A stretch of DNA of 64,000 nucleotides from Gammaproteobacteria bacterium (lineage in GTDB: Bacteria > Pseudomonadota > Gammaproteobacteria > Steroidobacterales > Foliamicaceae): positions 5,092 to 69,091 of the forward strand of contig VYBN01000018.1 in assembly GCA_009844425.1 (NCBI GenBank), read 5' to 3'. Each line of letters begins with the position of its first letter. Positions within the stretch are counted from its first letter, which is position 1. Positions 33,414-45,588 of the stretch are shown piece after piece. Both the position numbers and the translations under genes were made by a program. Below the pieces are notes generated by a model that saw only the letters and a list, made by a program, of their open reading frames with translations, made no database searches and had not been told where the DNA came from.

Positions 33414-36223
33414 TGCGCCTTTCCTGGAACGAGGTCCGTGTTCGCGCGGCTGGATTTGCGGAGGAATGGAAGGACGCCGCTTACGAGAAGGGCGAGACGC
33501 AGAGTTTCTACAACGACTTCTTCCATGTGTTCGGCATGAGGCGGCGTTCGGTGGCGCGCTACGAGGAACATGTTGCCAAGCTGGACAATCGGTCCGGCTT
33601 CATCGATCTCTTCTGGCCAGGTGAACTGATCGTTGAGCAGAAAAGCGCCGGGCGCGATCTGACGAAGGCTTATGGGCAGGCCGGCGAGTATTTCGATGCG
33701 TTGCCGGAAGATGAACGTCCCCGCTACATCCTGGTCAGCGACTTTCAGACATTCGAACTGCATGATCTGAGTGCGCGTAAAGTCGTGAGCTTTTCGCTGG
33801 CGGAACTGCCCGCGAACGTGGAGGCGTTCGCCTTCATGCTTGGATTGCGGCGGCGTGAATTCCGTGATCAGGACCCGGTCAACATCAGGGCTGCCGAGTT
33901 GGTGGGCCGGCTGCGCGACGCGCTGTACGAGTCCGGCTACCGCGGCCACGATCTGGAGCAGTTCCTGGTGCGGGTCGTGTTCTGCCTGTTCGCCGATGAC
34001 ACCGGTATCTTCGAGCGCGACATTTTTCTGGACTTCATTGACGACCGCACCGGAAAGGACGGCTCGGACACGGGCGCCCGGCTGATCGAGCTGTTTCAGG
34101 TTCTGGACACGCCCGAAGACCAGCGCCACGCGACCCGCGACGAGGATCTGCTGCGTTTTCCGTATGTGAACGGCTCCCTGTTCGACGGGCCGCTCCGCAT
34201 TCCCGCTTTCGATTCGTCCATGCGCGAGAAGTTGCTGGAAGCATGCAGATTCAATTGGTCGAATATCTCGCCGGCCATCTTCGGGGCTCTGTTTCAGTCA
34301 GTGATGGACCCGTCCGAGCGCCGTGCCCAGGGGGCGCACTACACTACCGAGAAGAACATCCTCAAGGTGATCGAGCCGCTGTTCATGGACGACCTTCGCG
34401 CCGAGTTCGAGCATCTGAAGGCGCGCAAGGACACCCGCCGCAGAGCTGATCTTGAGCGCTTCCACGAGAAGCTCGGATGCCTCAAGTTCCTTGACCCGGC
34501 CTGCGGCTGCGGCAACTTCCTGATCATCGCTTACCGCGAGTTGCGAGAACTGGAGATTGAGGTTCTGAAGGAAATTCACGCCAAGACTCTCCAGCGCCTA
34601 CGCCAACTACGGGGCGGTTCCAATCTCCCATCCGACCAGCTTTCCCGCATTGACGTGGATCAGTTCTACGGGATTGAACTCGGTGAGTTCCCGGCCCGCA
34701 TCGCGGAGACCGCGCTGTGGATGATGGATCACATCATGAACACCCGGCTGAGCCTGGTGTTCGGCCAGACCTACGCCCGCATTCCGCTTGAAAGCGCCCC
34801 GAACATCGTGCATGGCGATGCGCTGGAAACGGATTGGTCCGAATTGCTGCCGCCAAATGAATGCTCGTTCGTTTTCGGCAATCCGCCTTTTGTGGGTCAA
34901 AGCTATCAGACATCCAATCAGCGACAGCAGATGCGGCGCCTCTTGGATCCAGCGGGGAAAAGAGCAGGGTCGTTAGACTATGTCACTGCTTGGTTCATCA
35001 GGGCTGGCGAGTATGTGCGGTTCGCCGATGTCCGGATAGGCTTCGTCGCGACCAACTCAATTGCACAGGGCGAGCAGGTTGCTCAACTTTGGCCTCTTCT
35101 GTTCGAGCGCTGCAATCTGGAGATCGCATTCGCGCACCGCACATTTGCCTGGGGCTCAGACGCACGCGGCAAGGCGCACGTGCATGTCATTATTCTCGGC
35201 CTTGACCGGCGTGATTCCCAGCGGACAGAGAAGCGGTTGTTCAGCTATTCTGATATCAATGGCGAGCCGGAGGAAAGCCGCCATGTCGCGCTCTCACCGT
35301 ACTTATTCGATGCGGGCAGGCTGTCGGACCCGCACCTGACGGTGCAAGAAGAGAACCAGCCAATCAATGGACTTGCCCGGCCCCGGATGGGTACCAAACC
35401 AGTCGTGGGTCAGCACTATCTGTTTTCCCGCGCAGAAAAATCTGAATTCACTGCGGCAGAACCCGGCGCGTCTGCTTACTTTCGGCCATTTGTTGGCTCA
35501 CGAGAGTTTCTGCAGGGGAAAGACCGCTACATCCTGCACTTGACGAACATCCAGCCCAATGAGCTTGCCAAACTGCCCATGACGCGAGCGCGAGTTGCAG
35601 CCGTAAAGAAAATGCGGTCGGAGAGCCGCAAAGCGGCCACACGAGCTCTTGCCGAATTCCCAACCCAATATGAGGTTCCGACCGTTCCAACTTCACCTTT
35701 TCTGGTGATTCCAGAAGTAAGCTCGGAGCGCCGCGAATACGCGCCCATCGGATGGCTGGAACCGCCGGCGATTCCAAGCAATCTCGTGCGCGTTCTCGAA
35801 AACGCCACACTGGCGGATTTCGCGCTGCTGACATCTTCCATGCACATGGCGTGGCTGCGCCACGTAGGTGGTCGGTTGGAGAGCCGGTACCGCTATTCCA
35901 TCGGCCTCGTTTACAACACCTTCCCCACCCCGCCGGGCTTCACCACCGGAGGGTTGAACATGTCGAAACTGGAGCCGCTGGCGACGGCTGTGCTGGATGC
36001 GCGCGCTGCGCATCCGGATGCGACCCTGGCCAATCTCTACGATCCCGACCTGATGCCGCCGAACCTACGCAAGGCGCACCAGGCGCTCGACCGCGCCGTG
36101 GACCGCCTCTACCGGCGAGGCGGCTTCCCCTCCGAACGCGAGCGGGTCGAGCACCTGTTCGCCCTATACGAGAAGATGCGCGCTCCACTTGCGGCGCACA
36201 CGAAGAAAAACCGAAACCGATAG
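33413..36223 (+). CDS. MmeI-like type IIL restriction-modification enzyme (nuclease + N6-A methyltransferase + TRD)
   Basis: N-terminal D...EXK block (FIDLFWPGELIVEQKS), SAM motif LDPACGCGNFL and catalytic NPPF (VFGNPPFVGQS). About 936 aa. Confidence 0.8.
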   Translation: MRLSWNEVRVRAAGFAEEWKDAAYEKGETQSFYNDFFHVFGMRRRSVARYEEHVAKLDNRSGFIDLFWPGELIVEQKSAGRDLTKAYGQAGEYFDALPEDERPRYILVSDFQTFELHDLSARKVVSFSLAELPANVEAFAFMLGLRRREFRDQDPVNIRAAELVGRLRDALYESGYRGHDLEQFLVRVVFCLFADDTGIFERDIFLDFIDDRTGKDGSDTGARLIELFQVLDTPEDQRHATRDEDLLRFPYVNGSLFDGPLRIPAFDSSMREKLLEACRFNWSNISPAIFGALFQSVMDPSERRAQGAHYTTEKNILKVIEPLFMDDLRAEFEHLKARKDTRRRADLERFHEKLGCLKFLDPACGCGNFLIIAYRELRELEIEVLKEIHAKTLQRLRQLRGGSNLPSDQLSRIDVDQFYGIELGEFPARIAETALWMMDHIMNTRLSLVFGQTYARIPLESAPNIVHGDALETDWSELLPPNECSFVFGNPPFVGQSYQTSNQRQQMRRLLDPAGKRAGSLDYVTAWFIRAGEYVRFADVRIGFVATNSIAQGEQVAQLWPLLFERCNLEIAFAHRTFAWGSDARGKAHVHVIILGLDRRDSQRTEKRLFSYSDINGEPEESRHVALSPYLFDAGRLSDPHLTVQEENQPINGLARPRMGTKPVVGQHYLFSRAEKSEFTAAEPGASAYFRPFVGSREFLQGKDRYILHLTNIQPNELAKLPMTRARVAAVKKMRSESRKAATRALAEFPTQYEVPTVPTSPFLVIPEVSSERREYAPIGWLEPPAIPSNLVRVLENATLADFALLTSSMHMAWLRHVGGRLESRYRYSIGLVYNTFPTPPGFTTGGLNMSKLEPLATAVLDARAAHPDATLANLYDPDLMPPNLRKAHQALDRAVDRLYRRGGFPSERERVEHLFALYEKMRAPLAAHTKKNRNR

Positions 36224-36320
36224 TGTTGAATGGAGGGGTGTGCTGATCACGGGCACCCACTCCGCGGGTCGGAATATGTCAGGGGCATGGCGACGTTGCC
36301 CAAGCTCGTAATCATTTGGG

Positions 36321-36670
36321 TTGAGCGTATCCTGTAGAATACAGGCCCCGAAGGTCAGCATCGGCAAGACGGAAGCGTATGAGAAGTGGATACGGAAACT
36401 TCGCGACAGGCACGCCCGGTCGCGAATCAATATTCGGCTGCCAGGCTGCTATTGGGCATTTCTGGGGATTCTCGCAACATGGGCGGAAATCTATGGGAAC
36501 TGCGGATCGATTACGGGCCTGGATATCGGGTGTATTACACGTGGGTAGGAAAGAAAGCACTCGTTCTTTTGTATGGCGGGGACAAGCGGAGCCAGAAGCG
36601 GGATGTTGAAATGGCCCGAGAGTTGGCGCGTAAAGTCGCCGGAAGGAGGCAAAATGACCAAGAAAAATAA
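36321..36670 (+). pseudogene. higB: HigB/RelE-type addiction module killer gene with a frameshift
   Basis: The conserved N-terminal part (KTEAYEKWIRKLRDRHARSRINIRL) is in one frame. The rest (ARLLLGISGDSRNMGGNLWELRIDYGPGYRVYY...GGDKRSQKRD) is in another frame. The switch is near 36435-36445. Confidence 0.65.
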
Positions 36671-36995
36671 AGGTGTAGAGGACGCCGCCGGGATCAGTGA
36701 ATGGGATCCTGCGGATTACCTCGACGAGCCGGAAGACATGATCGCGTATCTGGAGGCGGCGTTTGAGGATGGCGACGCGCGCGTAATTGCCGCGGCGTTG
36801 GGAGATGTGGCCAGACGGAAAGGCATGACTCAGGTCGCGGCCGAAGCGGGCTTGGGCCGGGAAAGCCTGTACAAGGCGCTCTCGACAAACGGGAATCCCA
36901 GTTTCGCAACGATTCTCCGGGTAGTGCAGGCCTTGGGGATGCGGCTCCACCCTGCGCGGCAGGCCCTTTCGCAACCGTCGCTTCGCAGTTCCTGA
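36654..36995 (+). CDS. higA: HigA-type HTH antitoxin (addiction module antidote)
   Basis: GGAGG RBS and ATG at 36654. Motifs WDPADYLDEPEDMIAYLEAAFEDGD...GMTQVAAEAGLGRESLYKALS. Confidence 0.75.
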   Translation: MTKKNKGVEDAAGISEWDPADYLDEPEDMIAYLEAAFEDGDARVIAAALGDVARRKGMTQVAAEAGLGRESLYKALSTNGNPSFATILRVVQALGMRLHPARQALSQPSLRSS

Positions 36996-37030
36996 GAACG
37001 CCGACTCCCGCCCCGCCAAATTGCCGCGGT

Positions 37031-38230
37031 TCAGCTGAGGCGCCAGGGGAGCACGGCGAAGTTCTTGTGGCGGAATGAGCGGGTTCCGCCATGCACAAGG
37101 AAGCCGTGCTGGTTGGGATTGCCGGGCAGGGCGGCCCACCAGGCGAGGTTGCGCATGGCGTCGGGCGCCACCGTTTCGCCAGACTTCACTTCCACCGGAA
37201 TGAGCCGCTGGCCAAGGTCGATCAGGATGTCGATTTCGTGGCCGCTTGTGTCGCGCCAGGTGTAAAGAGGAGCTTTTTTCCGGCGGTTGGCGAAGCTCTT
37301 GAAGAGTTCGGACGCGACGAAAGATTCGAAAATCGCGCCGCGCAATGGATGCCGCGCCAGCGTTTCGGCGTCCGGAATGTCGAGCAGGTAGCAGATCAGT
37401 CCGGTATCCAGGAAATGCAGGCGTGGCCGCTTGCGCAAGCGCTTGCGGAAATTTGCGAAATGCGGGGGCAGCGTCACGGCGAGGTAACTGATTTCAAGAG
37501 CGTTGAGCCAGCGGCGGGCGGTCTGCTGACCCACGCCCACGTCGCTTGCCAGCCGGCTCAGGTTCAGTTCCCGCGCCGTGCTCGCCGCCGCCAGACGCAC
37601 GAAATCCTCGAATGCGCGCAGGTCGGAAACCTGCATCACCTCGCGCAGGTCGCGCTCCACATAGGTGCGGAAGTAGTCGCCGAGCCATTCCCTGGGCGAT
37701 AGGCCGCGGTCGTGAATGCGGGGATAGAAACCCGCGAACAGTGTGTCCCACCGATTTACATTCGCCGCAAGGGATGCGTCCGGCGCCGACCTGAGGGCCT
37801 TCGCAGGATCGAACGGTTCGCGTGCAAGCAACTCCGCAATGGATAGCGGCAGAAGATTCAGCAGCGCAACCCGTCCCGCCAGGGTTTGCGATACCGATTC
37901 CATCAGCAGCAGGTTCTGCGAACCGGTCAGGATGAAGCGCCCGGGCCGACAGTCCTCATCCACCAGAACCTGTATATAGGACAGCAGATCGGGCGCCCGC
38001 TGCACCTCGTCAATAATCATGGGGTTGGCCGAGGCCAGAAAGCCCCGTGGATCTTCCAGCGCCTGCAAGCGAACGTCCGGCGCTTCCAGCGAGCGGTAGT
38101 CGTGGTCCGGAAACAGCGCCCGGCAGAGTGTGGTCTTGCCGGATTGCCGCGGCCCCATGATCGTGACCACCGGGTTCTGGCCGGCGGCGGACAGCACGGT
38201 ATCTGATATATGGCGGACGAACATAATCAA
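37031..38230 (-). CDS. AAA_14 ATPase with DUF4143 domain
   Basis: Walker A GPRQSGKTT and a typical AAA_14/DUF4143 family layout. Confidence 0.75.
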   Translation of the reverse strand: MIMFVRHISDTVLSAAGQNPVVTIMGPRQSGKTTLCRALFPDHDYRSLEAPDVRLQALEDPRGFLASANPMIIDEVQRAPDLLSYIQVLVDEDCRPGRFILTGSQNLLLMESVSQTLAGRVALLNLLPLSIAELLAREPFDPAKALRSAPDASLAANVNRWDTLFAGFYPRIHDRGLSPREWLGDYFRTYVERDLREVMQVSDLRAFEDFVRLAAASTARELNLSRLASDVGVGQQTARRWLNALEISYLAVTLPPHFANFRKRLRKRPRLHFLDTGLICYLLDIPDAETLARHPLRGAIFESFVASELFKSFANRRKKAPLYTWRDTSGHEIDILIDLGQRLIPVEVKSGETVAPDAMRNLAWWAALPGNPNQHGFLVHGGTRSFRHKNFAVLPWRLS

Positions 38231-38443
38231 CGCTCGGTGAAGCTGTCAGTTTGATGATACTATCATGATATTGACATCTCGGGCGGCGCGTGCGAAGAGA
38301 ACCGGCCCCCTTCAAAGAACCCTCAGCCTCTCAAAAGGGGACATCTGTACTTTGGACAAAAAGGGACATTTCTACTTTGCGTTGACAGTTGACACGTGCG
38401 GGTTTCGCCGCGCGGCCGGACAGGGTTATATTGGTGGGCTGCC

Positions 38444-41299
<2,856 letters not shown>

Positions 41300-41313
41300 C
41301 ATCGAACCAGATT

Positions 41314-42150
41314 TCAACGCATTCGCGCTGTTCGACAATATTCCTTTCGCAGCAGTTCGCCCGCCTCTTGCTTCTGGCTGTCGGCCAGCAGTCCGAAAGG
41401 TTTTTGCGCGGCAGCGCCAAAGACGAATAACGAGCGCTCGCCGCCCACGTTATGCCATCGTGCGCAAATCTTGTATGGAGCACGCGGGGCACCGTCGGGT
41501 CTACGCTCGAAGGTATGGATGTTCTTCCAATTCTTCTCTGATTTGAACTTGATGCTCTTGAGATGAACTTTCGCCACCGATATCGCCACGATCTGCGGCC
41601 GCAACTCCTCAAGCAGCTTGTGCCAGAGCGGAATACCGTCGGCTTCAAGAGCCGCACGATCATCCTTGCCGAGCTTGCCCCATGTAGGGTTCGTCGCCAC
41701 AGGTGAGCAGATGTCGGTATGGAGAGCGATCGATGCGGCGCCCTTGTAATAGCTGGTGTCCAGACCATTAAGAAGCGGCTGGAAGGCGTTGAACCAACTT
41801 CCGTACGGGTCGGTGCAAAAATAGTCCGACATCGCGTCGAGATAGCGACGCGGCTCACGCTTACCCGTTGCCAGCGGAAAGCGCCGAAACGGCACACCGG
41901 TCGGAAACTCATGCAGCGAGGGATTCAGCCCGACGGTCACCACGCGCAGCGGCGAAGCGCGATATGCCTCAAGGTTGCCAAAGAAAAGAACCGGTACGGC
42001 CGGGGTAACGCGGCAGGCTAGGTTGGCGGCCCGGTCGAAGGCTTGCCAGGCCAGCGCAACAGGCTCGGATAAGAGTTGCTCGCGGTCTCGCGAAGCGGAG
42101 GCTCCACAGGCCTGCACCTCTCTATCCGGCAAATGGATTGACGATGGCAA
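41314..42150 (-). CDS. hypothetical protein, possibly uracil-DNA-glycosylase-like fold
   Basis: 278-aa ORF whose start overlaps the vapC end by 29 nt. VVTVGLNPS resembles the GxNPS/GINPG type motif of UDG-superfamily members. This is a weak call. Confidence 0.5.
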   Translation of the reverse strand: MPSSIHLPDREVQACGASASRDREQLLSEPVALAWQAFDRAANLACRVTPAVPVLFFGNLEAYRASPLRVVTVGLNPSLHEFPTGVPFRRFPLATGKREPRRYLDAMSDYFCTDPYGSWFNAFQPLLNGLDTSYYKGAASIALHTDICSPVATNPTWGKLGKDDRAALEADGIPLWHKLLEELRPQIVAISVAKVHLKSIKFKSEKNWKNIHTFERRPDGAPRAPYKICARWHNVGGERSLFVFGAAAQKPFGLLADSQKQEAGELLRKEYCRTARMR

Positions 42151-42517
42151 GACCTTCTATTCGGCGACCAGCCTGCATGTCTTCGGTAAGCAACTGGTCG
42201 CAACCGGCTTCGAGCGCGGCGGCAATGATAAGGGCGTCATAGAAACTGAATCCATGTTCGCGGGCAAGCTCCACCGCCGCGGAATGCGTTTCCAAGCCTA
42301 TCGGACGTACGTTGTCCAGCGCGATTTTCACATCTTCCAGCGCCTCGGTTATTTCGTCCCAACTCATGCTGAATTTGCGCCGCAGCACGCTCGTGAACTC
42401 GTTGAGCACCTGCACGCTGATGACTCCGCCCTCCAAAATGATCTGGCGAGCCATTTCACTCTTTGCGTCCGTGCCTTGGGCGTACACCAGCAGATTGGTG
42501 TCCAGAAAAGCCGTCAT
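42122..42517 (-). CDS. vapC: PIN-domain toxin VapC
   Basis: FLDTNLLVY N-terminus and acidic PIN residues. It overlaps the antitoxin stop by 4 nt. Confidence 0.85.
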   Translation of the reverse strand: MTAFLDTNLLVYAQGTDAKSEMARQIILEGGVISVQVLNEFTSVLRRKFSMSWDEITEALEDVKIALDNVRPIGLETHSAAVELAREHGFSFYDALIIAAALEAGCDQLLTEDMQAGRRIEGLAIVNPFAG

Positions 42518-42750
42518 CTGGTGTTTGCTTCGATGCGATTGAACGAGTAGCCATCGGGCAGGGATAGAGCACGTTCGCGCATCCGCATGACCGCTTTTTC
42601 CCTGCGTTCATCCCGCGCCACGACAATGCCGCTCGATTTTGCCGATACGATTTCGAGTTCGTCGCCCGGCTTAAGTCCAAGATCATTGACCAGCGGCTTG
42701 GGAAGCCGAACCGCCAGGCTGTTGCCCCATTTCGAAACCCGCATGATCAT
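42514..42750 (-). CDS. vapB: AbrB/SpoVT-type antitoxin VapB
   Basis: SKWGNSLAVRLPK swapped-hairpin motif. Confidence 0.85.
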   Translation of the reverse strand: MIMRVSKWGNSLAVRLPKPLVNDLGLKPGDELEIVSAKSSGIVVARDERREKAVMRMRERALSLPDGYSFNRIEANTR

Positions 42751-42828
42751 GCTCCAGATATACAGGAAGGCTAGGATATCATTTCAATCGAAAAATGCAA
42801 TCCGCGGGCGCTCAAGCAGCCCGAACTT

Positions 42829-43878
42829 TCAGCCCATATTGCTTGGCGACCACTGCGGGGGAAACGGGGCGTTGCCGCCACGGACCACGAAGGCCACCGC
42901 CGGCTCCGAACCGGGATTTTCGAAACGCCGGGAAAGGCCAATGGGCACGGTCAGTACGTCACCTGGGCCGAGGTCAAGTGCATGCTCACCCCAGTGAACC
43001 CGCAGCCGCCCTTCGTGAATCGTCCAAACCTCTTCTTCGACGCGGGAATGAACCGGGGTGGAGGCTCCCGGCTCAAAGGCAAGCTGCCGCAACTGAAAAC
43101 CGTGCCGCCAAGACAGCGGAGCCTTCGGCACCCCTTCCGAGTCGTTTCGTTCCCCGATTACGGGAAATTCCCTAATGTGGCTATGTTCGGCGCTCGCTGA
43201 CATGACCGATCCCGCGGCGGATTTTGCGTCGGAGTGACGCGCCACGCATGACTCCAGGGCGGCGCTGTCCAGTCGCGTCAGCTTGGCGACCTGTTCGGCG
43301 GTTGTCGCGGGCATGACGGGTTCGTCGTCGGGGACGGCTTCGCCCGCATCGGTGTCGATCAACCGGCCGCTTTCCAGCAAAACCAGGCCGTACTTGCGCG
43401 CGTCGTCGAACACGTACGGGGCCCAGGTCACGCGACCCGGATCGTCGCCGCCCAGCGCGGCGAACATGAATCCTTCGCCGCTGCCTATGTTCTCGAATCC
43501 GCGGAACACGTGAATCGGAATGGAGATGGTGTCGCCGCGTTCGAGGACAACCTCGCCGTCTTCGCCGTGTTCGCCGGTCATGAAGCGCCAGCGGCCCGAG
43601 TGGATCCAGAAGACTTCGGCGGTCTCGTGGCTGTGCTGGGAGTTCACGCATCCGGGCGGCTGGCGCGCCGCGCCGATATTGAAGCCGTGCGGCTCGCGAA
43701 TGTGCACGTGCTGGTCCGGGTTCTCGGCGACGCCCGGGCCGATGATCGTGAAGTTCTCCTTCGACTCGCTGCCCGGCGTGCGAGTATCGATAAACGCGGT
43801 GCGGCACGGGACCAGCTCGCCGTAACGGACGAGCCGCGCCCGCATCTGTTTCCGTGTAACCTGACTGGCTGCCGGCAT
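42829..43878 (-). CDS. bicupin domain protein
   Basis: Two cupin-like halves (HSHETAEVFWIHSG..., PVHSRVEEEVWTIHEG...). Confidence 0.6.
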   Translation of the reverse strand: MPAASQVTRKQMRARLVRYGELVPCRTAFIDTRTPGSESKENFTIIGPGVAENPDQHVHIREPHGFNIGAARQPPGCVNSQHSHETAEVFWIHSGRWRFMTGEHGEDGEVVLERGDTISIPIHVFRGFENIGSGEGFMFAALGGDDPGRVTWAPYVFDDARKYGLVLLESGRLIDTDAGEAVPDDEPVMPATTAEQVAKLTRLDSAALESCVARHSDAKSAAGSVMSASAEHSHIREFPVIGERNDSEGVPKAPLSWRHGFQLRQLAFEPGASTPVHSRVEEEVWTIHEGRLRVHWGEHALDLGPGDVLTVPIGLSRRFENPGSEPAVAFVVRGGNAPFPPQWSPSNMG

Positions 43879-43964
43879 GCCGCCTCCCCGGATTCAGTGT
43901 GGCCCATATACTAGCCCCAGCCGAAAACACCTGCACACAACCGCTGCGGCGACCCGCCCGGCAA

Positions 43965-45008
43965 ATGAGCACTATGACCGACCATTCGAGCTCCGAGGAG
44001 ATCGTCGATTACATCCTGCGCATAACGCGCGAAATCTGGGAAGACCGCAACCCGGACCTGGTGATGCGCTACTACGGGCCCGAGGCGCGCATCCACGCCC
44101 TGGGCGGGATCATGCAGGGTGCGGCGGCGGTCACGGAAAACACGCGGGCCATGCAGGCCGCCTTCCCCGACCGGCTGGTGATCGGCGAGGATGTCGTATG
44201 CAGTCCGCTGGACGGCGGCGCGTGGCTGTCCTCGCACCGCATCCGCAGCCCGATGACCAGCAAGGGAGAAAACGCCTACGGCCCCGCTACCGGCAGAAAA
44301 GTAACAACCCACGTGATGGCCGACTGCGTGGTCAGCAACGGCCTGATCGAAAAGGAATGGCTGGTGCGCGACAACCTGAGCCTGGTGCGGCAGCTGGGCC
44401 TGGATCCGCTGAAGGTGGCGCGGCGCGAAGCCGCCCGCAGTCATCCGGACGAACACTCGCGGTGGCTTGCGAGCGAACGCAAGCGCGTTCTGAACGCTTC
44501 TCGACCCACTTCAGAGCCCGCTTCGCCGTCCGAACCCGCTTTATCTTCGGACCCGGCTTCACCGCCGGATCCGCAGCACGATCCGCTCGGCTTTGCCCGC
44601 GAGATCCTGCTCGGCCTCTGGCAGAACCCGTCGGAGTTTTGCGAAGCCGCCTATGCACCATACGCCGTCTTGAGCGATTCGGACCGTGAAGTCGCCGGAG
44701 CAAGCGACATCTTCAGTCACTACGCTGCCTTGAGGGAAAGCCTCAATGTGCTCAGGCTGAGCGTCGATCATGCCGGGTTGCAGGCTCGCGGCGGCGGCTG
44801 GACGCTAGCGGCGCGCTGGACCGCGGCAGCTGAACACGCGCAGGAATTCGAGGGGCTGCCGGCGACACGCGCACCGCTGTTCCTCACGGGCATCACCCAC
44901 TGGTGGCTGACCGGCGGGCGCGTGGCGCGAGAATGGACCGTATTCGACCGCCTCGCGCTGATGGAGCAAATCCTCCGGCATGGCGTCAAGTTCGCTCGGG
45001 GGAAATGA
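43965..45008 (+). CDS. tandem SnoaL-like/ester-cyclase (NTF2-fold) protein
   Basis: IVDYILRITREIWEDRN is similar to the 62750-63961 product ([17 protein letters not shown]). The start is uncertain (43965 or 43974). Confidence 0.55.
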   Translation: MSTMTDHSSSEEIVDYILRITREIWEDRNPDLVMRYYGPEARIHALGGIMQGAAAVTENTRAMQAAFPDRLVIGEDVVCSPLDGGAWLSSHRIRSPMTSKGENAYGPATGRKVTTHVMADCVVSNGLIEKEWLVRDNLSLVRQLGLDPLKVARREAARSHPDEHSRWLASERKRVLNASRPTSEPASPSEPALSSDPASPPDPQHDPLGFAREILLGLWQNPSEFCEAAYAPYAVLSDSDREVAGASDIFSHYAALRESLNVLRLSVDHAGLQARGGGWTLAARWTAAAEHAQEFEGLPATRAPLFLTGITHWWLTGGRVAREWTVFDRLALMEQILRHGVKFARGK

Positions 45009-45012
45009 AATC

Positions 45013-45255
45013 ATGACTCGACAAGTCAAGATTGGCGAAGCAAAGACACATCTCTCCGCTTTGCTCGCGGAGGTGGAGGCTGGCGAAGATCTGGTCATTT
45101 GCCGGGGCTCCGTGCCCGTGGCGCAGGTAACGCGGCTCCCCGCTGCTGAAGAACACCGCAAGTTATGCGACACTCTGCGCCGGGAGCGTGCCAGACAGGG
45201 TGCAGTTTCAACCGCTGAGCTCCTGTCCTGGCGTCACGAAGGACACAGCTACTGA
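45013..45255 (+). CDS. Phd/YefM-type antitoxin
   Basis: MTRQVKIGEAKTHLSALLAEVEAGEDLVI. The stop overlaps the next ATG. Confidence 0.8.
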   Translation: MTRQVKIGEAKTHLSALLAEVEAGEDLVICRGSVPVAQVTRLPAAEEHRKLCDTLRRERARQGAVSTAELLSWRHEGHSY

Positions 45256-45505
45256 TGGCATTCGTGCCCGACGCCTCGGTCGCCGCGGCCTGGGTGCTTC
45301 CATCGCGCGGCTCCGGCTGCTTCCCATTGTTTGTCCCGGCAAGATTGATGACCTTCAGGTGATGTCTTTGGCGCGCAGCCATCAACTGACTGCCTACGAC
45401 GCCAGCTATCTGGCTTTGGCGATTCGCGAAGGATGTGCGCTGGTCAGCCTGGACAGGCGCTTGACAGGATCGGCGGCGGCCGAAGGCGTTCCTGCCTTTA
45501 GTTAG
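45255..45505 (+). pseudogene. vapC: vapC (PIN) toxin gene with a 151-bp internal deletion and frameshift
   Basis: It aligns to the intact copy at 48975-49376 but lacks the segment between two TGCTTCC heptamers (single copy here at 45295-45301). The N- and C-terminal parts are in different frames. Confidence 0.8.
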
Positions 45506-45536
45506 AGATTACCCTATCTTGGCGCCCGGGGCTCTG

Positions 45537-45575
45537 CGAAAGCGTCGCGCTTTCGGGGAGGTCGAGACGACCTCC
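45537..45575. terminator. two adjacent GC-rich hairpins between convergent genes
   Basis: CGAAAGCG-TCG-CGCTTTCG (45537-55) and GGAGGTCG-AGA-CGACCTCC (45557-75). Confidence 0.45.
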
Positions 45576-45588
45576 CACCCGGACGCGG

